Shown here: in pieces, positions 11,483 to 22,235 of the stretch
Numbering within the stretch: position 1 is the first letter of the stretch
How the letters are laid out: each line of letters starts with the position of its first letter
Source of the DNA: Octopus sinensis
Taxonomy: Eukaryota
Assembly (NCBI RefSeq): GCF_006345805.1
Contig: NW_021827567.1
Location: forward strand, 1 to 26,743
Direction: 5' to 3'
DNA length: 26,743 nucleotides
Made by a program: the position numbers and the translations under genes
The notes under the pieces: model-generated
Databases searched by the model: none
Seen by the model: only the letters and a program-made list of their open reading frames with translations
Told to the model about the DNA's origin: nothing

Positions 11483-12221
11483 CCTAGTCCTGCCTATTCT
11501 GATAAAATATCTTTGGTATTACATCCTTATCACTAGGCTCAAAATTCTAATAGAACAATTAACTCCACAGTAAATTTAATGTTAATTCTAAGACCAGGAC
11601 AATAAGTATGTCTCTAATTATCATTCCCATAGAGTTCTCTGTAAAATAAACTCCTCTCTTCCTAAGTATATTTCTGATGCTAATAGTTTACCAAAGCCCC
11701 TCCAGGTTTGCCCGTGATTATCCCAGTTGATGACGTCAGTAGTGACCCCAAAATTCATCTTCGCCTCGGTGATTCTTCGTAACTAAAGCGTTATGGACGA
11801 CATAACAGGGGCAGAAAGAGAGAGATTAGTAACCTCTTAATCTCTTCTGAAGTGAGATCACCAGAAGAGACTAACAAACTATAAGCTCTCATCATAACCA
11901 AACCAAGTTAACAATTGTCGTTCATCAGTATCTTACCGTCTAAACTACGTTATTTGCTAATTTTTTATTTCCTCAAAAGGTTTCCATATTAGAGTCAAAT
12001 CAACTATGGAAATCGGTAGGGATCATCTTTTATTTCTTGGAAGAAAAGCTGAAATAAACCATTAAAAGAACACACACACACATGTACACAATACCATGCA
12101 CATACACTCACACATACAAACACAAACACAATCACACACAGATACCTACACACAGAGATACATACTCAGAACAGATTTCCAGAACACACAAATACACACG
12201 CATTTGCGGAAGCGCACGCGC

Positions 12222-12261
<40 letters not shown>

Positions 12262-12680
12262 CGCGCATACACACATACACATACGTAAAGGCACATTAAT
12301 TCACACACATATAGACAGACATATGTACAGCAATGGGTACATCATGCATACACATTCCTAGACATATACACACAGGCAAATACCTGGATGAGCTTGTATA
12401 CGCACGAGCGCGTGACTATATTGTTTGCTAGTTTTAAATGATATCAGCTAATTTATCAATAAGAATAATAGACTGCCCGCTGTATTATCACGTCTAATGT
12501 ACTTTAACTTGTTTTATCTGATAGAAGGATTGAGTCAAAGGTTCTTCTTATCACACAATTTAACATCTTATGATACACAACTTCATGTTGCCACCCAATA
12601 ATAAGCATTTAGCGGCGAAATGAAAATATTCGGCGATTTTTAACGGTACAGTTGGCTCTATATTGGTGCTTTGCGGTACA

Positions 12681-12800
12681 TACAATAATCACTCGCCATA
12701 TCGCGTTTCACCTCAGTATATCGCGGATTTTTCTAGCTAATATATGTAAATTTATATTGTGAATTCCTCAGTATATCGCGAGTTTCTGCGGCCGATGGGT
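12681..12800 (+). mobile_element. Degenerate pogo/Tigger-like DNA transposon end
   Basis: TA followed by caataatcactcgccatatcgcgtttcacc with repeated cagtatatcgcg submotifs, resembling CAGTAGTCCCTCG...ATATCGCGG termini; no partner TIR found. Confidence 0.45.
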
Positions 12801-12929
12801 ATTTATATTGTTTTAGATTATAATTATTTCTGTGGTAAAACAAGCATTTTCACGACTAAAAACCAATAAATTAATAAATTTAAAAAAAAATACAGTACAG
12901 TGCTGCACTGTGTAACACATCATTTAAAA

Positions 12930-13065
12930 TACGAGGGTGAGTCAAAAAGTAATGCCATTTTGTTTAGGACAGGTATAATTACCAACACAGGAGCATGTAT
13001 CATACATCAAAATGAAGTTGGTCCTCTATGGATCACATCCTTACTTCTAAACATAGTCACATTTA
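12930..13065 (+). mobile_element. Mariner-type terminal fragment
   Basis: TA|cgagggtgagtcaaaaagtaatgcc resembles TACGAGGG..TCAAAAAGT mariner TIR starts; truncated by a SINE. Confidence 0.55.
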
Positions 13066-13069
13066 AAAG

Positions 13070-13264
13070 ACAAAGGATGAAAGACCAAGTCGACCTCAGC
13101 GGAATTTGAACTCAGAATGTAGCGGCAGACGAAATACCAATTTCTTTACTACCCACAAGGGGCTAAACACAGAGAGGACAAACAAGGACAGACAAACGTA
13201 ACGGCAGACGAAATACGGCTACGCATTTCGCCCGGCGTGCTAACGTTTCTGCCAGCTCGCCGCC
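13070..13264 (-). mobile_element. tRNA-derived SINE type 2 (ggcggcgagctggcagaa family) containing a 60-bp insert (13138-13197) with 19-bp TSD
   Basis: Homologous to 13284-13428 and 15080-15241; TSD gta(g/a)cggcagacgaaatac at 13119-13137 and 13198-13216. Confidence 0.88.
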
Positions 13265-13283
13265 AACATTATTCTCCTACCTT

Positions 13284-13428
13284 AAGATGGTGAGCTGCCA
13301 GAATCGTAAGCGCATCGGGAGAAAATGCTTTGCGGCATTTCGTCCATCTTTACGTTCTGAGATCAAATTCCGCCAAGGTCAAATTTGCCTTTCATCCTTT
13401 CGGGGTCGATAAAATAAGTACCAGTTGC
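13284..13428 (+). mobile_element. tRNA-derived SINE type 2, head-to-head with previous copy
   Basis: aagatggtgagctgccagaatcgtaagc...gttctgagatcaaattccgcc...ggggtcgataaaataagtaccagtt. Confidence 0.88.
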
Positions 13429-13684
13429 ATATTTAAAAGCGATATGACATTCATACCTGTTATGTAGTCATTTCACCAAAGTGTTAAGCTGTTATAGAGC
13501 CGGGTTGTATGACCAAATGGAATGATAATGGAAGTGGTCATTATTATTATACGTTTGCATATTCATATATCGAGTTTTCTAATGTCGCCTTTCGTTTTGG
13601 ATGCCTACAATTCTAGTGTATTGTCTTACCCGCTTTTACGATCGAGCGTTTATTTATAATGTCTGCCTTTATGTCCATTTTCTC

Positions 13685-14100
13685 TACTCACTATCCTTGG
13701 AGAATTGCGAGGAAAGAGTTTTCAGGTACCTCTCCCATGCAGTCCAACAACCGCCATTAGATTTTCCCGATCTATTCCCAAACTAAGACTATGCAATATT
13801 ACGCAACCGTCTCGTTCTTGGTCTACTCCTTCCGTCTCCTGCCGGTTGGCTTGCCTTCAAGAATCTGTCTTCCGAGTCTTCCTTGCAACATTCTAATCAT
13901 GTTTGTATGGTGCTGAGGTGGTGATTTTTCCATTAGGAGAAGGAACGGTTCAACCTGCAGAAAATCACTCATCTCTTTACTATGCCTCTTGAAATGGTAG
14001 TGATTCTTCCTCTCCAGATTAATCCTGGTATTCGTTATTACAGTGTAAATTTGTAATTTGGTGCGGTCCTGCTCTGATGGAGCGATACTTTTGCTTCTTA
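13685..14100 (-). mobile_element. RTE-clade LINE 3' remnant
   Basis: Minus strand reads DFLQVEPFLLLMEKS...MIRMLQGRLGRQILEGKPTGRRR/SRPRTRRLRNI, matching the RTE C-terminal ...GHV.RM...R..R.IL...P.G.R.RGRP..RW motif. Confidence 0.7.
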
Positions 14101-14236
14101 TACAATATAACTTGAATATGCCTAATACAGTTCTATATTTAAGAGATGAGGAATTATGTACATTTGACGGATATTTGTCCTAAAGTTGTTTGTTGTTAAT
14201 ACAACGTTTCGGCTGATATAACCTCCATACTCCACA

Positions 14237-14291
14237 TGGCGTAGTGGTTAAGAGCGCGGGCTTCTAACCCCAAGATTCTGAGTTCAATTCC
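14237..14291 (+). promoter_or_regulatory. Internal Pol III type 2 promoter (tRNA-like head)
   Basis: A box TGGCGTAGTGG at 14237-14247; B box GTTCAATTC at 14282-14290. No complete cloverleaf, so not called a tRNA gene. Confidence 0.8.
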
Positions 14292-14326
14292 AGGCAGTCA
14301 CCTGAATGATAATAATAAAAATAATA

Positions 14327-14509
14327 CTCTTTTACTTGTTTCAGACATTTGATTGCAGCCAAGCTGGAGTACTACCTTTAGTCGAACAAATCGACCCCAG
14401 GACTTATTCTTTGTAAGCCTAGTACTTATTCTATCGGTCTCTTTTGCCGAACCGCTAAGTTATGGGGAAGTAAACACAGACATACAAACATATACACACA
14501 CAGACACAT

Positions 14510-14558
<49 letters not shown>

Positions 14559-14726
14559 CATACATGCATACGACGGGCTTTTTTCAGTTTTCGTCTACCA
14601 AATCCACTCACAAGGCTTTGGTCGGCCCGAGGCTATAGTAGAATACAGTTGCCCAAGGTGCCACGCAGTGGGACTGAACTATGTGGTTGGGAAGCAAGCT
14701 ACTTACCACACAGCTATTCCTGCGCC
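14327..14726 (-). mobile_element. Near full-length tRNA-derived SINE nested in the (TAA)n linker of the HHR element
   Basis: Homologous to 5931-6310; flanked by taataa(a/c)aataata at 14313-14326 and 14727-14740. Confidence 0.9.
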
Positions 14727-14790
14727 TAATAACAATAATAACATTGAAAAGTACCTTAGGAACGAGAACCCAAGTTCGAAATTTCCCCAA

Positions 14791-14836
14791 GACACCTGAT
14801 GAAGGCTGGAAAGTATATCAGCCGAAACGTTGTGTT
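14791..14836 (+). ncRNA. Minimal type I hammerhead ribozyme motif (Penelope/retrozyme type)
   Basis: Helix I GACAC/GUGUU; core CUGAUGA (14796-14802) plus an extra A; helix II GGCUG/CAGCC; GAAA (14824-14827); loopless palindromic helix III ACGU; triplet GUU (14829-14831). Confidence 0.8.
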
Positions 14837-14904
14837 AAAAACAAACAAGATGAGGACAAATATCCATCAAATGTAAATAATGTAAATAATGAATATGCCT
14901 GTTG

Positions 14905-15003
14905 GTCCGCCCACAACCATAGTAGAAGATACTCCCTCAAAGCGCCGCGCAATGGGGCTGAACGCAAAGGCACGGGGTTGCAAATCGAGCTTGTTAATTA
15001 CAC
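14905..15003 (-). mobile_element. Old, degenerate SINE 5' fragment
   Basis: atagtagaagatactc...cgcgcaatggggctgaac parallels atagtagaatacagttg...cacgcagtgggactgaac at 14635-14680. Confidence 0.55.
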
Positions 15004-15079
15004 GATTTTCGTTTTCGTTTTTCGTTTCAGCTATGGGGTTCTTAGCCTTGGTCTCAAATTTTGGTCCCCAAGATCAACA

Positions 15080-15241
15080 ACTTCGGCGAAAGGTTAAGTC
15101 GACCAGTATTCAAATGGTACTCATTCTATCGACCCGAAAGGATCAAAGGTAAAGTCGACCTCGACGGAATTTGAACTCAGAACGTAAAAGACGGACAAAA
15201 TGCCGTCAAAGATTCTAACGATTCTGCAAGCTCTCCGCCTT
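15080..15241 (-). mobile_element. tRNA-derived SINE type 2
   Basis: aaagtcgacctcgacggaatttgaactcagaacg is homologous to 13086-13118. Confidence 0.85.
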
Positions 15242-15559
15242 ATGGCGTCCTTAATACTCGTATTCAGCTATAAAGTCTTCAGTGCTTACACAGCTTTGTC
15301 CTATTTAGTTGAACTTCATCAGAACGAGGCAGTCGTGAATTTCTCAATCATCTTATATTATTTCCTTATCAAAAGAGAGATAAAGCGGAGGGAAATAATT
15401 CAGCAGCGAGAAAGGTAGAGAAGATATATAAAAGGCATTCTACTTGCAGACTTGTCAGTGAGATATAATTGTTTTTTATTTCCATGTTGGTATTTTTAGA
15501 CTGTCTGAGTCTTAGTGGAGTATTTCAAAACATTTTGAATTGAATTCATGATCGCATAA

Positions 15560-15720
<161 letters not shown>

Positions 15721-15737
15721 AGAGGGGAGAGAGAAAG

Positions 15738-15968
15738 AGCATGGCTTAATGCTTAGGGTATTAGACGCACGAGCTTGATATCGTGGGTTCGATTCCCGGA
15801 CGGAATGAACATGAGTTCTTGAGCAAAACACTTCATCTCCCTTTGCTCTGCGATCCCTGTGGTACCTGAGGCGTGGCACAGAGTGCATCTGTACAAGTGA
15901 CATGGATTCGGTGGAGGGCGGGAGTTCGTGTATAGCGTGAGCATTAATTAGATGACAATAAAATAAAC
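15738..15968 (+). mobile_element. tRNA-derived SINE type 3
   Basis: A-box-like tggcttaatgc; B box ggttcgattcc at 15786-15796; cttgagcaaaacacttc core segment; A-rich end. Confidence 0.7.
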
Positions 15969-16044
15969 CATTTGTGCAACTTGTTAGGCAAGAAATTGCA
16001 GAACCGCCTTTCTCGGACCCGAGAACGACAGCCATTAATAACCA

Positions 16045-16045
<1 letters not shown>

Positions 16046-16084
<39 letters not shown>

Positions 16085-16085
16085 A

Positions 16086-16160
<75 letters not shown>

Positions 16161-16282
16161 AAGTGTGGGTTGACTTATTTTAATGCATTCTGTGCGAACT
16201 GCAGTGAAGAGACGGGAGATATTTGTGGTACTTCTGGTTTGTAACAGTGTTGCTATTATTAATAGCATTATTATTATTATTA

Positions 16283-16318
<36 letters not shown>

Positions 16319-16392
16319 TATTATTATTATCATTATTATTATTATTATTATCATTATTATCATCATCATTATTATTATTACTATTATTATTA
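16046..16392. repeat. (TG)n at 16046-16158 and (TAT)n at ~16255-16392
   Basis: Direct inspection. Confidence 0.95.
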
Positions 16393-17176
16393 TGGCTTGT
16401 GAAATGAGGTGTATTTATTTTGCATGTTTTAAGAACTGGTGTTGCCTGTATTAAATGGAAAAACACAACTTATGTTATTGGCATTGGTGCTGTTGTTGGT
16501 GTTGTTGTTTATGTTCGTCCCATCACCTCGCACTTTTAAATTATTCGTTTTCTTTTTTTCTTGGCGTGGTTGTTGTTGTTACTACTAATGGTGATGGCGG
16601 TGGTGGGGTGGGGTGGTCTCCTTCTTGTCACTGCTGTCACTATGACTGTTACGAATACCAGTCATTGCTTCGTTGCTTCTATTTATGTTACCGTACTCAG
16701 AACTTGCGCTGTCCACACCTCGTCTAGCAGAGCTATACGAATTTTTCAACTGTTGCTCTCCTTTCTTTTACAATTTTTAATCCCCTCCTCTTTATGCTAC
16801 GATTCAACAAAACGTACACCACATACACGTATACAAATATGTGTGTGTGTGTGTGTGTTGTGTGTGTGTGTGGTGTGTTCATCACTTTTTCAGTCTGTAA
16901 CGAAATTGCTAAGATTTTCCCTGTTTATAATCATACCATATGTTACATATTTATTATATCATACCTTGATACAGTGTAGAATGTTAAACACTTTCGGTAT
17001 GCAAATTAGGGGCTCCTTCATAGAGTAACTGCTGCATTTGTTGGGTATATAAACAGTCTGGCTACATGCTTCTATGGAGATTGTCAAAATGATGTGAACA
17101 CTTCTGATAAAACTCCAATAAGGTTCGAAAATCGTTTAAGGTTGTTCATCATCTTTTTTTTTTTTTACAGTCTGCG

Positions 17177-17455
17177 GAGAAATGGCTAAAATTTGATTAG
17201 AGCGTCGAGCTCACAATCATGAGGTAGCGAGTACGATTCCCGGACTGTGTGTTGTTCCAATTCACTCAGCTGTAGAAATGAGTTGCAACATCACTGGTGC
17301 CAAGCTGTATCGGTCTTTCCTTTGGATAACATCGGTGGTGTGTAGAGGGGAGGCAGGTATGCATGGGCGACTGCTGGTCTTCCATAAACAACCTTGTCCG
17401 GCCTTGTGCCTCGGAAGGTAACTTTCCCAATGAGACGCGAAGAGGGTCTCCACCC
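17177..17455 (+). mobile_element. tRNA-derived SINE type 4
   Basis: tRNA-like head ttagagcgtcgagctcacaatcatgaggtagcgagtacgattcccgg (B-box-like); the body matches an octopus SINE recalled from memory. Confidence 0.65.
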
Positions 17456-17614
17456 TTACACACATGTATGTGTGTGGAATATAACCGCGTTTCATTCTTC
17501 ATGGTTATAACGAAGAGAAATACTTCACAAAACATGTCCGTTCTTTCGGGTGAGAAAAAAAAACAGAAAAATATTCTTTAAACAAACATAAAGACAAAGA
17601 TTCTCCATTAAATA

Positions 17615-17709
17615 GGCGCAGGAGTGGCTGCTTCTATAGCTTCGGGCCGACCAAAGCCTTGTGAGTGGATTTGGTAGACGGAAACTGAAAGAAGCCTGTT
17701 GTGTATATG

Positions 17710-17763
<54 letters not shown>

Positions 17764-18020
17764 ACCCCGTCCCAAATCGCTTGACAACCGATGCTGGTGT
17801 GTTCATGTCCCCGTAACTTAGCGGTTCGGCAAAAGGGACCGATAGAACAAGTACTAGGCTTACAAAGAATAAGTCCTGGGGTCGATTTGCTCGACTAAAG
17901 GCGGTGCTCCAGCATGGCCGCAGTCAAATGACTGAAACGAGTCATGTTGATAAGGAAATGAACTTTACGATTCTAATCCAGAAACGATCGTCCATAAGAG
18001 TAAAAGAGTAAAAGAGTAAA
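17615..18020 (+). mobile_element. tRNA-derived SINE with 5' internal deletion and a foreign 54-bp insert in its (GAGTAAAA)n tail
   Basis: ggcgcaggagtggctg|cttctatagc...gcagtcaaatgactgaaac; reverse complement of the 5931-6310 family; tail agagtaaa repeats at ~17997-18020. Confidence 0.9.
17944..17997 (+). other. 54-bp copy of the hammerhead-like core of the 19883-20318 element
   Basis: Reverse complement of 20080-20133 with 1 mismatch. Confidence 0.9.
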
Positions 18021-18464
18021 GGGTAAATATTTTAACATCCCACCACACTCACACACTCACACACACACACATACACGCGCGCGCGCATACACAAATACAT
18101 GCAAAAGTATAAGCTACTTTGTGTATAAACACTGTCATACACACAATCTCGTCATCTCCCTCTTTTTTCTTTCTATCTCTCTTTCTTTCGCACCCTCTCC
18201 CTCTCTATCGCACACACATACACACAAACATTCACGCAGACATGCACACATATAATACCTTGTATATGTACGATATGTCATACAAACATTCTTACCTTCT
18301 TTCTATCTATCTCCTTCTCAATCCTTCTTCTCTCTCTCTCTTTCTCCTCGCTCCATTTCCCTGTCACTCTTACCTTCCCTCTCTTTCCCTCTCGCTGTGT
18401 CTCCCTCCCTTTATCTCTCCCTCTCTCTGCCCCTTCTCACTCTCTATTTCGTCCTCTGTCTTAC

Positions 18465-18528
18465 ACACTCATACATACATGAATACATACATACATACAC
18501 ATAGATACATGCATACATACATACATTC

Positions 18529-18559
<31 letters not shown>

Positions 18560-18645
18560 CATACATACAATCATACACACACATACATTCATACATACAT
18601 ACATACATACCTACTGTATACATACAGATATACCGTATACATACA
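18465..18645. repeat. (CATA)n microsatellite
   Basis: Direct inspection. Confidence 0.95.
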
Positions 18646-19143
18646 CAAATGCCATGACAAGCGCGTAAGGTGAGCCATTAAATATCACATTTATACAACG
18701 TATAAAACTTCTTATAAAACCGCTGCTACTCACTGACACTGGAAGTAACAACTTTATTCGATCGTGAATCTGTGTGAGTGTGTGTTTGGCTGTATGATAT
18801 GAAAATATCAATCTAAATATGTATCAAAGTATATATGTATATATACGTGGGCGTATGATATGAATACGTTTATGTGTGTGGGGGAGGGTTTGTGTGAGTA
18901 TATGCTATTAATGTATCTCTGTGTGTGAGTTTATTCCGAACGAATACGCACGGTGGAATATACAATAAAATTCGAGGCCAAAATAGATTTATCATAATTT
19001 TCATTTCTTCAAAGCACATGTGTACAGAAGCGTAGGGAGACGTAACGTACTAGCTTACCAACAAGGAATTATACGTATATACATGCAGACAGACTCATAC
19101 ACTATATATTTACATTCAGTGTGCACGTAGGTATGTAAATGGG

Positions 19144-19209
<66 letters not shown>

Positions 19210-19426
19210 AGAAAGAGTGAGGCAGACAGACAGACAAACAGAAAAGAATGCTGTTCGTCCAATTACCATTGAAAACCAACTCATTGTTGAAACCGGTATG
19301 GTATTTTAATAAATTCTTATAAAACATCTTTAAAAAATAATTTCTTTTTAGACACAGGGGTGCATTTTAAACCCCACCCTATAAAATAATCTCTTCCATG
19401 TTTGTGTGTGTATATAAATATATTAG

Positions 19427-19703
19427 GAAAAAACACTTTTATCAATTCAATAATGAAAAATTAAATTATACCATCTAGAAAATTACATATTATAGAAAGA
19501 TTAAATATAAGATAAAACGTATATATTTGGTATATATACCAAATATATACGTTTTATTTATTATCTTATTTATTATTTTGCACATTATTTAATCATCGTT
19601 ATATGTTTTATCTTATATTTAATCTTTCTATATTATGTAATTTTCTAGATGGTATAATTTAATTTTACATTATGATTGAAAAGATAAAAAGGTGTTTTTT
19701 TTC
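19427..19703. repeat. Long AT-rich palindrome with one-arm deletion
   Basis: 19427-19518 is the reverse complement of 19605-19703; perfect 46-bp palindrome at 19512-19557. Confidence 0.92.
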
Positions 19704-19722
19704 ATTTATATATATATATATA

Positions 19723-19763
<41 letters not shown>

Positions 19764-19882
19764 CTATATATATATTATTATATATATATATTATATTTGT
19801 GAAATTTGACTTAGTATTTCTAAATAGAATTTTTCCCTGTAAGTTTGGAATAATATTCCCTCATATTATCATTATATATATA

Positions 19883-20318
19883 TATATAATTATAATAAAG
19901 GTTTTTTTGCAACAAGCTGCTTAAACCACATACCGAAAATATTAGAAATAGCAGTCAAAGGGCTACCGTTTCTATTACTACAAAAATAAGCCTCCACAAA
20001 CAACAGTATTTGTAACTCATATAAGGTAAAAAAAAAAAAAAGAAGGAAAACCACGAAACCACACAGTCTACTGGATTAATTATGGACGATCGTTTCTGGA
20101 TTAGAATCGTAAAGTTCATTTACTTATCAACATAATATTTCCCATAAATCTAGAAATGCTAGATTCTTCTTTTGCCATATATGAGTTACAAATACTGTTG
20201 TGTGTGGAGGCTTATTTTTGTAGTAATAGAAATGGTAGCCCTTTGACTGCTATTTCTAATATTTTCGGTATGTGGTTTAAGCAACTTGTTGCAAAAAAAC
20301 CCTTATTATAATTATATA
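19883..20318. mobile_element. Fold-back (MITE-like or PLE-derived) element with 141-bp inverted arms, in a TA-rich site
   Basis: 19883-20023 vs 20178-20318 differ at 4 of 141 positions; the spacer contains an HHR-like motif. Confidence 0.85.
20079..20136 (-). ncRNA. Hammerhead-like motif with variant U3-A8 core
   Basis: Minus strand: AUUAUG-UUGAUAA-(27 nt)-GAAAC-GAUC-GUC-CAUAAU; 6-bp helix I; palindromic helix III ACGAUCGU; GUC triplet; helix II ambiguous. Confidence 0.6.
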
Positions 20319-20409
20319 AATTTTTACCGAATATGGTCCTTTCCATACCGAAATACTACTGGGTGAAATTTATTGATTTTATTAAATTAATTATATTTCA
20401 CCCTTTATC

Positions 20410-20417
20410 TATCTATC

Positions 20418-20455
<38 letters not shown>

Positions 20456-20468
20456 TATATATATACAC

Positions 20469-20499
<31 letters not shown>

Positions 20500-21340
20500 T
20501 ATATATAAACATATACATACATATATACATGTATATATGTATATATGCATGCATGTGTGTACTTATATATGTATGTATACATACATATCTAGGGATGCAT
20601 CTATGTATGTATGTATGCATGTATGTATATATTTATGTATGTATATATGTTTGTATACATACACAAACACATATATGTTTGTGTGCGTGTGTATATGTGT
20701 GTATCCTCCATATGAGCAAATACTAATAAGTCAATATAAAAAAAAGCTATTTTCTGTGATTGGACATAAATGTCTGTTTAAATAGTAACATAAGAAAGCC
20801 TGTATGAAGTTGTGATAGTCATTCATTTTCCAGTGATATTCATGTCATAAGCGAACTGGTAGACCTTAAGCAGCTTTAGATATGTAAGAGAAATGAATTT
20901 AGGTTTAATCTACTCACTAAATAGGCATTAAGCCACGTAAAGGAAGCTTTATCGACTCAGATTTGAAACTGAGTCCTAAACCTGATTTACTGAAACTTGT
21001 TGTCTCTTGTTCTACAAGCTGTACAATTAATGAAATAATTACTAACAGGTGTATTATTAACTCGATTTAATTACATGTGAAGAATACAATGAAAACACCC
21101 ACACACCCAGACACAGACATCTTTTTATCTTCGTACTTCCCTCCACCCACCACCATTATATGTACATATGTGTATGTATATGTATGTATATATATAATAT
21201 ATATTATATATATATATATATATACATACATACACACATATATATACAAATATTATATATGTGTGTAATATATATATATATATATGCATATATATCTATG
21301 TGTATATTATATACATATATCTAGATGCGTTCATATATTA

Positions 21341-21371
<31 letters not shown>

Positions 21372-21690
21372 AGTATGCATTTTTAACATATACATACAGC
21401 ATGCGTACATAAAGACAGACGCATATATACACACACACACACAGACGTATATATATATATATATATACACACACATGTATATATATGCATACGTACATAC
21501 ATGTACATAATACATACGTCCATACCTACATATATAAATATACATATATATATACATATATATACACACACATAGATATACCTAAAGATATAATATTTGT
21601 ATATATATATGTATATGTGTGTGTGCATGTGTGTGCATGTGTTGTGTGTGTGTGTGTGCGTGTGCGTGCGTGCGTGCGTGTGTGTGAGTT
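20410..21690. repeat. Compound (TA)n/(TATG)n/(CA)n microsatellite fields (~20410-20700 and ~21150-21690)
   Basis: Direct inspection; unique DNA lies between the two fields. Confidence 0.9.
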
Positions 21691-22235
21691 TATATATATA
21701 TTCCTAATGTTCTTCTATCCCATGATGTTTGTTCCCACCGCTACTCTGTCGTTCACATCTTCTTCCCTCCACCTTCCCTCCTTCCTCTTCTTCGGAAAGA
21801 AAGAAAAAAATTTGTCCACAAACGTCATAGTGACACTTTACAGCCAATCTGAGGTAGGTCTCTTTGAAGTTGCTGTAATTGTTTTTCTCGGAGGAGAAAG
21901 GTTTAATTACAAAAGCTTCTATATTTATTAAAAGTAATTTCAATAGATGGCCCTGTTTTATAGGTTTTTCCCTTGGTTAACGTGGGAAAACTCTTCAAAG
22001 ACTGAAATAACACCAGATATGTGGAGAGTTAATAATAATAGCGCCTCATAGTAAATGCCTTTCGGTTTGGTTTCCTTCTTTTATGTTGTCCATTGAAGAC
22101 TGAGCTTGGCTGTTAATCAACCATCCTGAGGCGATAGCATAAGTTACTATTTCTAATGCGAGAGACTGGCGGCCATTGCATGAAGTCGATCAAAATAAAT
22201 CGAACGGTGATCAGTTATGCATACAAGCCTTTTAA

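Larger units (their letters stand above)
14124..14890 (+). mobile_element. tRNA-headed, hammerhead-bearing non-autonomous retroelement with inverted 5' copy of its 3' end; interrupted by a SINE at 14327-14726
   Basis: TSD tgaatatgcct at 14113-14123 and 14890-14900; 14124-14227 is the reverse complement of the 14808-14880 region plus an extension; A/B boxes; (TAA)n linker; HHR at 14791-14836. Confidence 0.8.

Noticed and set aside
11900-11935. CTGATGA on the minus strand followed by a small hairpin
   Set aside because: No GAAA box or helix I complement
14237-14305. Possible tRNA gene
   Set aside because: A/B boxes are present but there is no complete acceptor stem; it is the head of a TSD-bounded retroelement
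15270-15330. Minus-strand CUGAUGA-A-GUUC...GGAC-AAAG resembling a hammerhead
   Set aside because: Lacks G12, lacks U16.1, and helix I does not pair; too many core defects
21841-21859. Possible 10-nt microexon (ctttacag|CCAATCTGAG|gtaggt)
   Set aside because: Weak polypyrimidine tract, not a multiple of three, and no host gene evidence
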